The notes under the pieces were generated by a model, which saw only the letters and a list, made by a program, of their open reading frames with translations, did not search any database and was not told where the DNA came from. Below, in pieces: positions 46,449 to 56,766 of a stretch of DNA of 64,000 nucleotides. Location of the stretch: the NCBI GenBank assembly GCA_016792665.1, contig JAEUKJ010000340.1, positions 28,880 through 92,879 of the forward strand, read 5' to 3'. Position numbers and translations under genes: made by a program. The stretch is from Deltaproteobacteria bacterium (GTDB lineage: Bacteria; Myxococcota_A; UBA9042; PHBI01). The stretch's first letter is position 1; each line of letters begins with the position of its first letter.

Positions 46449-49400
46449 ATGTCGTCACTCAAGTCGTTCGCTCTCTCGGGCATCGTCGCGCTCGCGACCC
46501 TCGCGGCCTGCTCGTCCGATGACGCCGCCCCGACGGTCCACACGGCCGCGCTGCTCGGCGACTCCGGCGACCCCTACCTCCTCGCCGCGCCCGCCACGCG
46601 CAGCGGTGCCTCGGCCGCCGCCGACCAGTCGCGCTTCTACCGCATTGCGGTGCCGGCCGATCACCAGGGCCTGCGCATCGCCGTCCGCGCCACCGCCAAG
46701 GTCGATGCCTGGGTGCGTCGCGGCGGCGCCCAGGGCGGCGCGCTGGCCTCGGGTGCCGACCTCGCGCGCCACACCTTCTTCTTTCCCCAGGACCAGGTCA
46801 CCGCCGACAGCGACTGGTGGCTCGAGGTCAAGCCTCGCGCTGCCGCCACCATCGACGTCCAGGTCGAGGCCCTCTACGCCCGCCCCCTGACCTGGGATGA
46901 CGGCGCCACCTTGCTCGGCACCCAGGCCGCGACCCGTCCGGCCAACGCGTTCGGCGACCACCTCTACAAGATCAACGCGACCCTCGCCCGCTACGGTGCG
47001 TGGCGCAACGTGCTGCGCGTCTCGGCTGGCGAGGCCGACCTCTTCCTCTACCCCGGCTCCTTCCCGCCCGACTGGTCCAGCTGGAACGGCACCGCGGTCG
47101 GCTCGGACGCCGTCACCCTGGCCCAGCCCGAGTTCCAGGAGAACCAGGTCTGGTACCTGCGCGTGCGCGCCGGTTCGAACGACGCGAACTGGTCGCTGCT
47201 CTCCGGCGACCTCTTCGTCACCGACTTCGGCGCCCTCGCCAACGACGCCCCGCGCACGCTGACCTACGATGTCGGCGGCGTCGCTTACTTCAAGACCGAA
47301 GCCCAGGCCGACACGCTCGCGTGGCGCCTCCGCGCCGCCGGCGCCCAGCTCTACATCAACGACACGCAGGCCCCGGTGCCGCGCTACGGCGCCTCGACCT
47401 GGGACTACCGCTACGACGACGAGGCCCTCCTCGTCCCGAGCTACCTCACCGCGCGTGGCTACCTCGTCGCGGTGACCGGCACCGGCACGACCGTCTCGGT
47501 CGACTCGAAGAAGCACACGGTCATCGATCCGCTGACCGTCGGCGGCGTGACCAACGGCTTCTCGTTCACGGTCTCGAACACCGACGACGCGGGCTTCGGC
47601 TATCGCACCTACAAGGTCGTCGTCCCCGTCGATCAGATCGCCTGGCAGGTCGCGCTGAAGCCCCTCTCGGGCGAGGTCGACCTCTACGTCGCCAAGGAAC
47701 GCGTCCCGAGCGAGCTCCTGAACCAGGGCCTCTCGGAGATCGCCGGCGTCACCGACACCGTGACGCTCGTGCCCCCGAGCCTCTCGAACGGCGTCTTCTA
47801 CGTGACCGTCAAGGGCCGCGCGCCCTACTCCTTCCAGCTCGTCTCTGGCAACCCGACCATCACCGACATCGCCTTCGTCAACGACCCGACCCCGGTCGAC
47901 AACGGTGCGGCCTTCACCGGGCTGGCCGGCTGGCGCTACTACCGCGTGCCCGACATCGAGTCGCAGGTCGGGGCACTCGGCTGGATCCTCGAGCTCGAGA
48001 ACCAGGTCGCGGGCACGCAGATCGCCCTCCGCAGGAACGCCGTCCCGGGCCGCTGGAACTACCGCGACACCAACACCTACGGCCAGCTCAGCTACACCGA
48101 GCACATCGACCACCAGAGCGCGCTCGGCTTCCTCGAGCGCCCGAACCACCCGGCCGACATCTGGTACATCGGCATCTATCAACCCAGCGCCGCGCTCGGG
48201 GCCTTCAAGCTGCGCACGAAGGTCATGACCGCGACCGACCTCACCTTCAACGGCGGCTCGCTCAACGTCTCGAACCAGACCTCGGGCCGCTGGCGCTACT
48301 TCAAGGTGAACGTCCCGGCCGATGCCCAGGGCTGGGATCTGCGCCTGGACCCGGTCACCTCGGGCCGCCCGCACATGGTCGTCCGCGCCGAGCTCGTGCC
48401 CGGCACCTTCGGCAATGACCCATGCTGCTACCCGCCGATCTGGGGCCGCGACGAGTGGCTCTCGGGTTGGCAGTGGGCCGCCTACGCCGACCTCACGCGC
48501 CGCCCCACCCAGTACATCGCCAACCCCGAGGCCTACATCGACGAGTCCGGGCGCATCCTCACGGGCGGCATGGGCAACCCGATCCGCCAGGGCGTCTTCT
48601 ACATCGGCGTCTCCGACGTGTGGACCACCCCCGACGGGGTTCCCATGTCGTACACGCTGAAGTCGCGCGGCATCGGCACCGGCGCCACCTGGAGCCTGCC
48701 CATCCAGACGCTCGCCTTCGTCAACGGCACCGCCACCGTGACCGGCCTCGCCCCGCGCGAGGTGCGCGTCTACAAGATCGACGTGCCGGCCAACGCCAAG
48801 AGCTGGTTCCTCGAGCTCACGCCGACCGTCGGCGACGCCATGATGGCCATCCGCAAGGACGTCGTCCCCAACGTCGAGGCTGGCTACTCGACCTCCGACA
48901 CCGCCTATGGACGCACCGGGGCGCGGCGCCAGAAGAACGGCTACGAGCTCTTCTATCGCTATCCCGAGTACGACAAGACCGCCCTCGAGGGCGGCACCTA
49001 CTACGTCATGGTCGGGGCCGAGGGCGCGGCCACGGCGCAGGACAGCGTCGTCCGCGGTGGCACCACCAGCTTCACGCTGAAGAGCTGGGGTGAAGCGACC
49101 ATCACCGATGGCGTGCTCACGACCGAGGCGCCGCTCACCTTCTCGAACCAGACGCTGCGCTACGGCGAGCAGAAGGCCTATCGCTTCACGGTGCCCGACG
49201 GGGTCTCGAGCATGGAGATCCGCATGGCCCGCAGCGCGGGCAATCCCTACATGAACGTCACGCGCTCGGGCGTGCAGGCGACCCCCTCGCAGAGCTACGC
49301 CGCGGCCGAGGGCGGGCACTACCCGGCCTACTCCGACGACGACATCATCACCGTCCAGGCCCCCGCCGGGACCTACACGATCACCGTCACGGCGCAGACC

Positions 49401-52400
49401 GCGAGCGGCCCGACCCCGGAGATCGGCGCGAGCTACGGCCTCGAGATCACCGCGCGCGGCGAGAGCATCATCGCGCTGAACGGGGGCACGGCCGCGGTCG
49501 TCGACCAGGACAGCCAGACCTGGCGCTACTTCAAGGTCACCGTGCCCGAGGGCCCGCTGGGCTGGGATCTGCGCCTCGAGAACGTCGTCAGCGGACGCCC
49601 GCGCATGGTCATCCGGCGTGACGACCTGCCCATTCAGTTCTACACCGACCCGTGCTGCTACCCGGCCCTGCCGCTGCGCACCGAGTGGCAGACCGGCTGG
49701 ACCTGGGCCCCGGCCGGCGAGCTCACCCAGCGCAACTACGCCTACTACGACGACCAGACCTACCAGGGTGGCGCCGAAGAGTACGGCCGCCGCGTGTCGA
49801 TGGGGCTCGGCTCGCCGCTCGAGCCCGGGACCTACTACGTCGGCATCTCCGACACGTATCAAGGACAGACCGGCGACCCGATGAGCTACGAGCTCGTGAG
49901 CCGCGGCATCGGCATCGGCAACGACGGCGACGGTCACCCCTGGCTCGTGCAGGTCGAGGACCTCGACTTCGCGAGCGGCACGTCGACCAAGACCCTCGAC
50001 CCGCGCGAGCACGCCTACTACCGCGTGCAGGTGCCCGAGGGCGCCAAGAGCTGGGAGCTCTTCCTCGAGCCCTCGCTGGGCGAGGCCATGATGGCCATCA
50101 ACCGCGCGGCCCTGCCCAGCGCGGACGCGTCGAGCTCGTACGGGACCGAGAACGGTGGCGCGCGCCGCCAGAAGACCGGCTACGAGATCTTCTATCGCTA
50201 CCCCGACTACAACACCGAGGCGATCCCCAGCGGCACCTTTTTCGTCGGCGTCGGCGCCGAGGGTCAGGATGCCTACTCGTCGAGCTACGTCGGCCAGGGC
50301 CCGACCACGTTCACGCTGCGCAGCGAGGGCGAGGTGCCGGTGACGGTCGCCAGCGCGCCGCTCGGAGGCGAGCCCATCCGCTTCGCCCATGAGACGCTTC
50401 GCTACGGCGAGCAGAAGGTCTTCCAGTTCGAGGTCCCCGACGGCACGAAGTCGATGGAGGTCCGCCTCGAGAACAAGGTCGGCCGGCCCTACATGGCGAT
50501 CGGCAAGAGCGCCAAGATCCCCGTCCCCGCGCAGTATTACGCCGCTGCCATCGGCGGCGACTACGGCTTCGCGCAGGGCGAGGGCATCACCACCGTGGCC
50601 GACCCCGCCGGCACGTACACCGTCATCGTCAGCGGCTACTGGCACGACCAGCAGGGCGCCGTCGATTCGCAGTTCGACCTCGTCATCGAGGCCCTGGGCG
50701 AGACCGCGCTCGTGTTCAACGGCGGCGACGTCGCCGTCACGGCCCAGCCGACCCAGACCTGGAAGTACTTCCGCGTGAACGTCCCCGACGCCAAGGACCA
50801 CGGCCTCCTCGGCTGGGACCTCCGCCTGGACGGCGTCACCAGCGGCCGCCCGCGCATGGTCATCCGCCGCGACGACCTCCCCGACAGCTTCTACACCGAC
50901 CCGTGCTGCTACCCCGCCCTGCCCGGCCGCGGCGAGTGGCAGACCGGCTGGCGCTGGGCCCCGGCTGGCGAGCTCACGCAGCGCAACTACGCCTTCTACA
51001 ACCAGGTGGACTACACGGGCGGCGAGGAACAATACGGCCGCCGCGTCTCGATGGGCCTCGGCACGCCGCTCCAGCCCGGCGCCTACATCGTCGGCGTCTC
51101 GGACACCTACACCTCGGCCGGCCCTGCGATGACCTATCGCATCGTCTCGCGCGGCATCGGTATCGGCCTCGAGTCGGCCGAGGCCAACGCCATCCCGTGG
51201 TCCATCCAGGTGCGCGACCTGCCCTTCGGGACCGAGGTCACGGCTCAGAACCTCGCCCCGCGCGAGCACATCTACTACCGCCTGCAGGTGCCAGAGGACC
51301 TCGAGAGCTGGGCCGCCGAGCTCGAGCCGACCCAGGGCGAGGTCATGCTCGCCGTGCGCGAGGGCGCCCTCCCCAACGCCGACGCCACGCAGAGCTACGC
51401 CTCGGACGACAGCTACTATCGTATGGGCACGCGCCGCCAGAAGAACGGCCGCGAGTGGTTCTACAAGCTGCCCTGGTACGACCAGCGGACGCTCCGCGGC
51501 GGCACCTTCTACCTCGCCGTCGCAGGCGAGGGCGAGAACGCCTACAGCTCGAGCTACGTCGGCCTCGGCCCGAGCGCGTTCAAGCTCCGCACCATGGGAC
51601 CCGTGCCCATCGCGGGCGGCATCGACAACGTGGTCGCGACCCAGCCGCTGACCTTCGCCAACCAGCAGCTCGCCTGGGGTCAGCAGAAGTACTACCGCCT
51701 GCGCGTGCCGCCGACGGTCGACGCCTTCGAGGTGCGCCTCGCCAATCGCGTCGGCAATCCCTACTGGGTCGCCGCGGTCGAGCCCTACTTCCAGCCGAAG
51801 ATGCCGCAGGGCACGACGCCCTACTACTACTCGGCCGAGGGCGGGACCTACCCCGATGGGGCCAACGACATCGCCGACCAGATCGTCGGGGTCACGGGTG
51901 ACGTGACCATCGCGGTCTACTCGAACGGGTCGGAGCAGGTCGACAACAGCTACGACCTCATCGTGACACCAATTGCTGTCAAGAACCTGGCCTGGGATGG
52001 CGGCGACGAGGCGGTCACCCTGAAGGACCGCGAGACCGCCTACTTCAAGGTCGAGGTCCCCCAGGACTGCGACGGCGTGGCGCAGGCCGGCTGGATCGTC
52101 ACGCAAGAGGTCACGCGTGGACAGGTCTCGGTCGAGGTCCGGAAAGACACCCTGCCGCGCGCCCCGACCGGGCCCGCGTCGCTCACGACCAGCGCCAAGC
52201 AGACCGTCATCGTGCCCCCCTTCCTGGAGCCCGGCACCTGGTACGTCGCCGTCAAGGCCACGGGCAACGCCGAGGTCCGCATCACCACCGAGGAGGTCAA
52301 GGAAGCGCGCCACTGGACGATGCCGAAGAAGAACGTCAACGCGACGACCCCGGGCCTCAACCATCCCTTCTTCGCCGACACCGGCGTGAAGGACGACGGC

Positions 52401-55400
52401 ACGCCCATCTCGAACCAGGGCACGGGTGACCAGGGCGTCGACCTCGGCGAGGGCAAGTACCGCTTCTACCGGGTGACCATCCCGGCCGACAACGGCGGCC
52501 TCTTCCGGACCCGCATGGAGGCCATCTCCGGCAACCCGCAGCTCTACATCCGGCGCGGCGCCGCCCCGACCTTGAACAGCATGCCCTACCCCTACGGCTA
52601 CCAGTACATCGACTATCGCGACGAGCGCGAAGGCAGCTCGTACGGGCACTGGGTCACGACCGACACGCGCTACGGGCCCGAGCTCGCCCCCGGCGAGTAC
52701 TGGGTGGCCATCTATGCGCAGGGGTCGAACGTGCGCTACCGCCTCTCGCTGGACGTCGGCGTCGTCCAGGACCTCGCCCTCCGCGGCGGCGCCATCACCG
52801 GGCACGCCCTGGCCGCGGGCGACATGCGCTACTACCGCGTGACCATCCCGCAGTCGTCGACCCAGGCCAACACCGGGACGCCGGTCGACTGGACCCTGAC
52901 GCTGACCCAGCAGAGCGGCGACGCGCTCGTGCTCTTGCGTGAGGACGTCCCGCCCGGCCTCTACACGGCCGTCCCGCAGCCGAACCAGGGCGACTACTAC
53001 CTCCGCGACTGGAACGGCGATCGCAACGGCTACATCTACGGGCTGAACCAGCTCCCGAACCTCGACAACACCGGCCCGAAGACCTTCTCGACCCCGGTCT
53101 TGAAGCCCGACACGACCTACTGGGTCGGGGTCTACGCGCGCACCGACACGGTCTATGATCTCGGCTCGCAGGCCTCTGCCGCGACCCTCAAAGTCGACGC
53201 CACCCTCGCCTACCGCGGCGCCACGCTGGACACGAACGTGCCCGCCGGACAGTCGCGCCTGTATCGGATCGATGTGCCGGCCGATGCCGCGCGCTACCTC
53301 CACACGGCGACGGTCAATGACGGCGTCTGGCTCCAGCTGTCGGCCGGCTATGTGCCTCCGGGCCCGCCGAACCGGACCTACGCGGACTGGACCAACTCGG
53401 GCTACGGCTACGCGTCCAACCTCGACCGCCCCCTCGAAGCACCCGGCGGCTACATCGGCAACTTCCCGTGGGTCGCCAACGAGAGCTACTACCTCGCCGT
53501 CGAGAACACGACCGCCACCACGCAGAACGTGCACGTGGTCTTCGATGGGCGCCCGGCCAACGACGACTCCGACACCGATGGCCTGCCCGACGGCTGGGAG
53601 TACAAGTACTTCGGCGGCCTCTACTACGACGCCACCTCGGACTACGACGGCGACACGCTCAGCAACGGCAGCGAGCTCGCCCTCGGCACTGATCCGACCC
53701 GCCGCGACACCGACAACGACTCGGTCGACGACGGCCTCGAGCTCATCGCTGGCGCCAACCCGCTGCTCGCCGACACCGACCTCGACCAGGTCTGCGACGG
53801 CTCGGACTCGGCGCCGAACGACCCCAACGAGTCGGGCAAGATCATCCGCCTCGTCATGGGTCGCTACGACCGTGGCAGCTACGGCAAGAACTACGGCTCG
53901 AACGAGCACACCACGCGGCTCGCGGCGGTCTTCGCGAAGGACCCCTCGGCCCGGATGCACTGGCTCCACATCCAGGGCTGGGACATCGAGTCCGCCAACG
54001 AGGTCGAGGTCTTCCTGAACGGCGTGTCGCTGGGCTTCCTGCCCGTCGGCGGCAACAACGCCTTGTCGACCCCGGTCCTCTTCATGGTCGACTCGAATGA
54101 CCTCCTGGCCTACGGCGACAACCGCCTCGAGCTCCGCCAGAAGACCAGCGGCGAGACCTGGGGCGCAACCCAGCTCGGCCTCTTCACCTTCGGCGAGAGC
54201 TTCGGCTTCGACCCGACCCAGGCCTACGACACGCGCCATCCCCAGGGCATCGATCTGCGCTGGAAGGGGCTCACCGACTCGTTGCTCGAGCTCCGCGCCT
54301 TCGACCTCGATCGCCCCGACGAGATCAGCGTGACGCTCGATGGCGGCGCCTTCCTCGGCAAGCTGGTCCAGACGGACAACAACGCGTGGACGCCGTACCT
54401 GCAGACACCGTTCGTCGCGGCCGATCACGCAGCCGCCCCGACCTCCGGGTGGCGCATGCTCGCGGTGCGTCCGCGCGCCGACTCGGACGGCTGGCAGTTC
54501 CGGCTGGTCGACCAGCGCCCCATCCTCTCGACCTTCGGGACCGAGCAGAACTCCGGCGAGAACGGGCACGCCCGCGGCGAGGTCCACTTCCTCCTGCCCG
54601 ACGGCAAGCCCGAGCTGCGCGAGCTCGTCCTGCAGTATCGGGTGAGCGACGGCGAGTCGGTCGCCCTCACGCGCACGAGCGGCAAGGCGCTCACCTGGGC
54701 CTCGGCGAACTACTACACGTGGAGCCCGAACACCGCGTCGTTCTCGGCCGCGGGCGCCTCGGACGAGGTCGCCGTCAAGCGCATCGCCTCCGAGCCGCCG
54801 GCCTCGTACGTGGTCTTCGCGGTGGCCGTTCGCTACTACGGCCCCTGCACCGACTTCGACCAGAGCGGGGTCCTCGACTGCGAAGAGGTCTGCGAGGATC
54901 TCGACCAGGACGGCGTCGACGGGCGCGGCCCGCTCTGCGGGACGGGCACCGACTGCGACGACAACAACCCGGGGGTGGGCGCGGCCGACGGCGACGCCGA
55001 CTGCGATGGCGTGCCGGGTCAGATCGACTGCGACGACAACGACCCCGAGGTCACGACGACCTCGGCGACCGACGCCGACTGCGACGGCGTCGTGACGGCT
55101 GACGACTGCGACGACTTCGACCCGACCAACACCCGCAGCCCGGCCGGCGACCTCGACTGCGACGGCGTCGCCGACGGGTCCGACTGCGCGCCGAGCGACC
55201 CGCAGAAGCCGAACTTCGACGCGGACTGCGACGGCACCCCGACCTCCAGCGACTGCAACGACCAGAACCCGAGCCAGCCGTCCAACGACGCCGACTGCGA
55301 CGGCTCGCCGAGCGGCACCGACTGCGACGACAACGACCCGTCGGTCCAGACCTGCCCGACCGGCTGCCTCGACAACGACGGCGACACCCACAGCGGACGC

Positions 55401-56639
55401 ACGGCCAGCTGCCTCGACGGCGACGACTGCAACGACGGCAACGCCACCAGCACCTACCGCGCCATCGACGCGGACTGCGACGGGGTCGTCTCCGCACTCG
55501 ACTGCGACGACGCCAACGCGGCCGTCACGCGCAGCCGCACCGAGGACGGCGACTGCGACGGGGTGCTCGCGGCCGTGGACTGCGACGACACCAACGCGGC
55601 CATCACCAAGGTGCGCGACGCCAACGACGCCGACTGCGACGGGCTGCCGGCCCCCATCGACTGCGACGACCGCGACCCCAGCGACACCCGCTCGCGCGTG
55701 AACGACGCGGACTGCGATGGCATCGCCAAGGCCGTCGACTGCAACGACAACGACGCCGCGGTGACCGCGCTGAACGTCGGCGACCACGACTGCGACGGCA
55801 TCGCCACCGAGCTCGACTGCGACGACCAGGACCCGAACGACACGCGCTCGAAGGCGGGCGACGCCGACTGCGATGGATCGCCGGCGGGCGAGGACTGCGA
55901 CGACCAGGACCCCACGGTCCAGGCCTGCCCGGTGTGCCTCGACGCCGACGAGGACGGGCACTTCGCCGAGAGCGCGACGTGCCAGAAGGGCGACGACTGC
56001 AACGACGGCGACAAGACCTCGACCTGGCGTGAGGTCGACCGGGATTGTGACGGCGTCAAGACCGACGACGACTGCGACGACGACGACGCCGACTCGGCCG
56101 TGGTCGCCGACGACGCGGACTGCGACGGCGTCCCGACCGCCGACGACTGCGACGACGAGGACGCGGGCTTGAACGCGAAGGCCGACGATCAGGACTGCGA
56201 CGGCGTGCGCGGCGACCTCGACAACTGCCCGCAGATGGCCAACACCGACCAGCTCGACAGCGACAAGGACGGGGTCGGCGATGCCTGCGAGGACTGCCTC
56301 GGCGCGGACACCGACGGCGATGGCGTGCCCGACATGTGCGACACGTGCCCGGCGATCTTCGACGACCAGACCGACAGCGACGACGACGGCACGGGTGACG
56401 CGTGCGAGGACAGCGACAGCGACGGCATCCTCGACGCGCGCGACAACTGCCCGGCCGTGGCCAACGGCGACCAGAAGGACAGCGACCACAACGGTGTCGG
56501 CGACGCCTGCGACACGATCATCGTCATCGACAAGAGCGACGGCGGTTGCCAGGGCGCGCTCGGGTCCGTGCTCGGCACGCTCGTGCTCCTCGGCCTGACG
56601 CTCGCGCGACGCCGCGGTCGGTCGTCGCCGTCGGCCTGA
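46449..56639 (+). CDS. giant cell-surface lipoprotein (3396 aa): lipoprotein signal, ~20 PPC-like beta-sandwich domains in a 3x ~370-aa super-repeat, thrombospondin-type-3-like Ca-binding repeats, LamG-like jelly rolls, ~22 MopE-like Cys/Asp repeats, MYXO-CTERM tail
   Basis: ORF 46401..56639. The ATG at 46449 gives MSSLKSFALSGIVALATLAAC. PPC-type blocks of the form [FY]-[RK]-[IV]-x-VP...L...GD-[AV]-D-[LM]-[YFA]-[VI]. Triplicated module WRYFKVxVP...GWDLRL...GRPRMVIRRDDLP..FYTDPCCYP. DTDGDGVPD and DSDKDGVGDACED repeats. Terminal DGGCQGALGSVLGTLVLLGLTLARRRGRS. Confidence 0.8.
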   Translation: MSSLKSFALSGIVALATLAACSSDDAAPTVHTAALLGDSGDPYLLAAPATRSGASAAADQSRFYRIAVPADHQGLRIAVRATAKVDAWVRRGGAQGGALASGADLARHTFFFPQDQVTADSDWWLEVKPRAAATIDVQVEALYARPLTWDDGATLLGTQAATRPANAFGDHLYKINATLARYGAWRNVLRVSAGEADLFLYPGSFPPDWSSWNGTAVGSDAVTLAQPEFQENQVWYLRVRAGSNDANWSLLSGDLFVTDFGALANDAPRTLTYDVGGVAYFKTEAQADTLAWRLRAAGAQLYINDTQAPVPRYGASTWDYRYDDEALLVPSYLTARGYLVAVTGTGTTVSVDSKKHTVIDPLTVGGVTNGFSFTVSNTDDAGFGYRTYKVVVPVDQIAWQVALKPLSGEVDLYVAKERVPSELLNQGLSEIAGVTDTVTLVPPSLSNGVFYVTVKGRAPYSFQLVSGNPTITDIAFVNDPTPVDNGAAFTGLAGWRYYRVPDIESQVGALGWILELENQVAGTQIALRRNAVPGRWNYRDTNTYGQLSYTEHIDHQSALGFLERPNHPADIWYIGIYQPSAALGAFKLRTKVMTATDLTFNGGSLNVSNQTSGRWRYFKVNVPADAQGWDLRLDPVTSGRPHMVVRAELVPGTFGNDPCCYPPIWGRDEWLSGWQWAAYADLTRRPTQYIANPEAYIDESGRILTGGMGNPIRQGVFYIGVSDVWTTPDGVPMSYTLKSRGIGTGATWSLPIQTLAFVNGTATVTGLAPREVRVYKIDVPANAKSWFLELTPTVGDAMMAIRKDVVPNVEAGYSTSDTAYGRTGARRQKNGYELFYRYPEYDKTALEGGTYYVMVGAEGAATAQDSVVRGGTTSFTLKSWGEATITDGVLTTEAPLTFSNQTLRYGEQKAYRFTVPDGVSSMEIRMARSAGNPYMNVTRSGVQATPSQSYAAAEGGHYPAYSDDDIITVQAPAGTYTITVTAQTASGPTPEIGASYGLEITARGESIIALNGGTAAVVDQDSQTWRYFKVTVPEGPLGWDLRLENVVSGRPRMVIRRDDLPIQFYTDPCCYPALPLRTEWQTGWTWAPAGELTQRNYAYYDDQTYQGGAEEYGRRVSMGLGSPLEPGTYYVGISDTYQGQTGDPMSYELVSRGIGIGNDGDGHPWLVQVEDLDFASGTSTKTLDPREHAYYRVQVPEGAKSWELFLEPSLGEAMMAINRAALPSADASSSYGTENGGARRQKTGYEIFYRYPDYNTEAIPSGTFFVGVGAEGQDAYSSSYVGQGPTTFTLRSEGEVPVTVASAPLGGEPIRFAHETLRYGEQKVFQFEVPDGTKSMEVRLENKVGRPYMAIGKSAKIPVPAQYYAAAIGGDYGFAQGEGITTVADPAGTYTVIVSGYWHDQQGAVDSQFDLVIEALGETALVFNGGDVAVTAQPTQTWKYFRVNVPDAKDHGLLGWDLRLDGVTSGRPRMVIRRDDLPDSFYTDPCCYPALPGRGEWQTGWRWAPAGELTQRNYAFYNQVDYTGGEEQYGRRVSMGLGTPLQPGAYIVGVSDTYTSAGPAMTYRIVSRGIGIGLESAEANAIPWSIQVRDLPFGTEVTAQNLAPREHIYYRLQVPEDLESWAAELEPTQGEVMLAVREGALPNADATQSYASDDSYYRMGTRRQKNGREWFYKLPWYDQRTLRGGTFYLAVAGEGENAYSSSYVGLGPSAFKLRTMGPVPIAGGIDNVVATQPLTFANQQLAWGQQKYYRLRVPPTVDAFEVRLANRVGNPYWVAAVEPYFQPKMPQGTTPYYYSAEGGTYPDGANDIADQIVGVTGDVTIAVYSNGSEQVDNSYDLIVTPIAVKNLAWDGGDEAVTLKDRETAYFKVEVPQDCDGVAQAGWIVTQEVTRGQVSVEVRKDTLPRAPTGPASLTTSAKQTVIVPPFLEPGTWYVAVKATGNAEVRITTEEVKEARHWTMPKKNVNATTPGLNHPFFADTGVKDDGTPISNQGTGDQGVDLGEGKYRFYRVTIPADNGGLFRTRMEAISGNPQLYIRRGAAPTLNSMPYPYGYQYIDYRDEREGSSYGHWVTTDTRYGPELAPGEYWVAIYAQGSNVRYRLSLDVGVVQDLALRGGAITGHALAAGDMRYYRVTIPQSSTQANTGTPVDWTLTLTQQSGDALVLLREDVPPGLYTAVPQPNQGDYYLRDWNGDRNGYIYGLNQLPNLDNTGPKTFSTPVLKPDTTYWVGVYARTDTVYDLGSQASAATLKVDATLAYRGATLDTNVPAGQSRLYRIDVPADAARYLHTATVNDGVWLQLSAGYVPPGPPNRTYADWTNSGYGYASNLDRPLEAPGGYIGNFPWVANESYYLAVENTTATTQNVHVVFDGRPANDDSDTDGLPDGWEYKYFGGLYYDATSDYDGDTLSNGSELALGTDPTRRDTDNDSVDDGLELIAGANPLLADTDLDQVCDGSDSAPNDPNESGKIIRLVMGRYDRGSYGKNYGSNEHTTRLAAVFAKDPSARMHWLHIQGWDIESANEVEVFLNGVSLGFLPVGGNNALSTPVLFMVDSNDLLAYGDNRLELRQKTSGETWGATQLGLFTFGESFGFDPTQAYDTRHPQGIDLRWKGLTDSLLELRAFDLDRPDEISVTLDGGAFLGKLVQTDNNAWTPYLQTPFVAADHAAAPTSGWRMLAVRPRADSDGWQFRLVDQRPILSTFGTEQNSGENGHARGEVHFLLPDGKPELRELVLQYRVSDGESVALTRTSGKALTWASANYYTWSPNTASFSAAGASDEVAVKRIASEPPASYVVFAVAVRYYGPCTDFDQSGVLDCEEVCEDLDQDGVDGRGPLCGTGTDCDDNNPGVGAADGDADCDGVPGQIDCDDNDPEVTTTSATDADCDGVVTADDCDDFDPTNTRSPAGDLDCDGVADGSDCAPSDPQKPNFDADCDGTPTSSDCNDQNPSQPSNDADCDGSPSGTDCDDNDPSVQTCPTGCLDNDGDTHSGRTASCLDGDDCNDGNATSTYRAIDADCDGVVSALDCDDANAAVTRSRTEDGDCDGVLAAVDCDDTNAAITKVRDANDADCDGLPAPIDCDDRDPSDTRSRVNDADCDGIAKAVDCNDNDAAVTALNVGDHDCDGIATELDCDDQDPNDTRSKAGDADCDGSPAGEDCDDQDPTVQACPVCLDADEDGHFAESATCQKGDDCNDGDKTSTWREVDRDCDGVKTDDDCDDDDADSAVVADDADCDGVPTADDCDDEDAGLNAKADDQDCDGVRGDLDNCPQMANTDQLDSDKDGVGDACEDCLGADTDGDGVPDMCDTCPAIFDDQTDSDDDGTGDACEDSDSDGILDARDNCPAVANGDQKDSDHNGVGDACDTIIVIDKSDGGCQGALGSVLGTLVLLGLTLARRRGRSSPSA
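54850..56530 (+). repeat. array of ~22 tandem ~24-aa MopE-like repeats (consensus DADCDGVxxxxDCDDxDP...), the last few TSP3-like; a near-identical 12-mer gactgcgacggc recurs at the DNA level
   Basis: Seen directly both in the translation and as recurring gcc/gac-gactgcgacggc-gtc nucleotide blocks. Confidence 0.75.
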
Positions 56640-56687
56640 GCGCGTCCGATCCGTTCCCGGTCCGTCGCGCGTCGGGTTGTGTGACCG

Positions 56688-56712
56688 CCAGGTCAAACGG
56701 AGCGCTATCATC
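56688..56712 (+). terminator. hairpin GGAGCGC-uaucauc-GCGCUCC, 50 nt after the giant gene's stop (no U tract)
   Basis: Seen directly. It may only attenuate transcription, since the next gene starts 55 nt later with its own GGAG RBS. Confidence 0.3.
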
Positions 56713-56766
56713 GCGCTCCGTAAGGCCCGGGCACGGGTCGAACACCGTCCACCGCACGGAGCCTTC

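Noticed and set aside
54850-56530. CRISPR array
   Set aside because: The regular DNA repeats here are in-frame coding repeats (MopE-like units) with protein-level conservation. There are no unique spacers and no cas genes.
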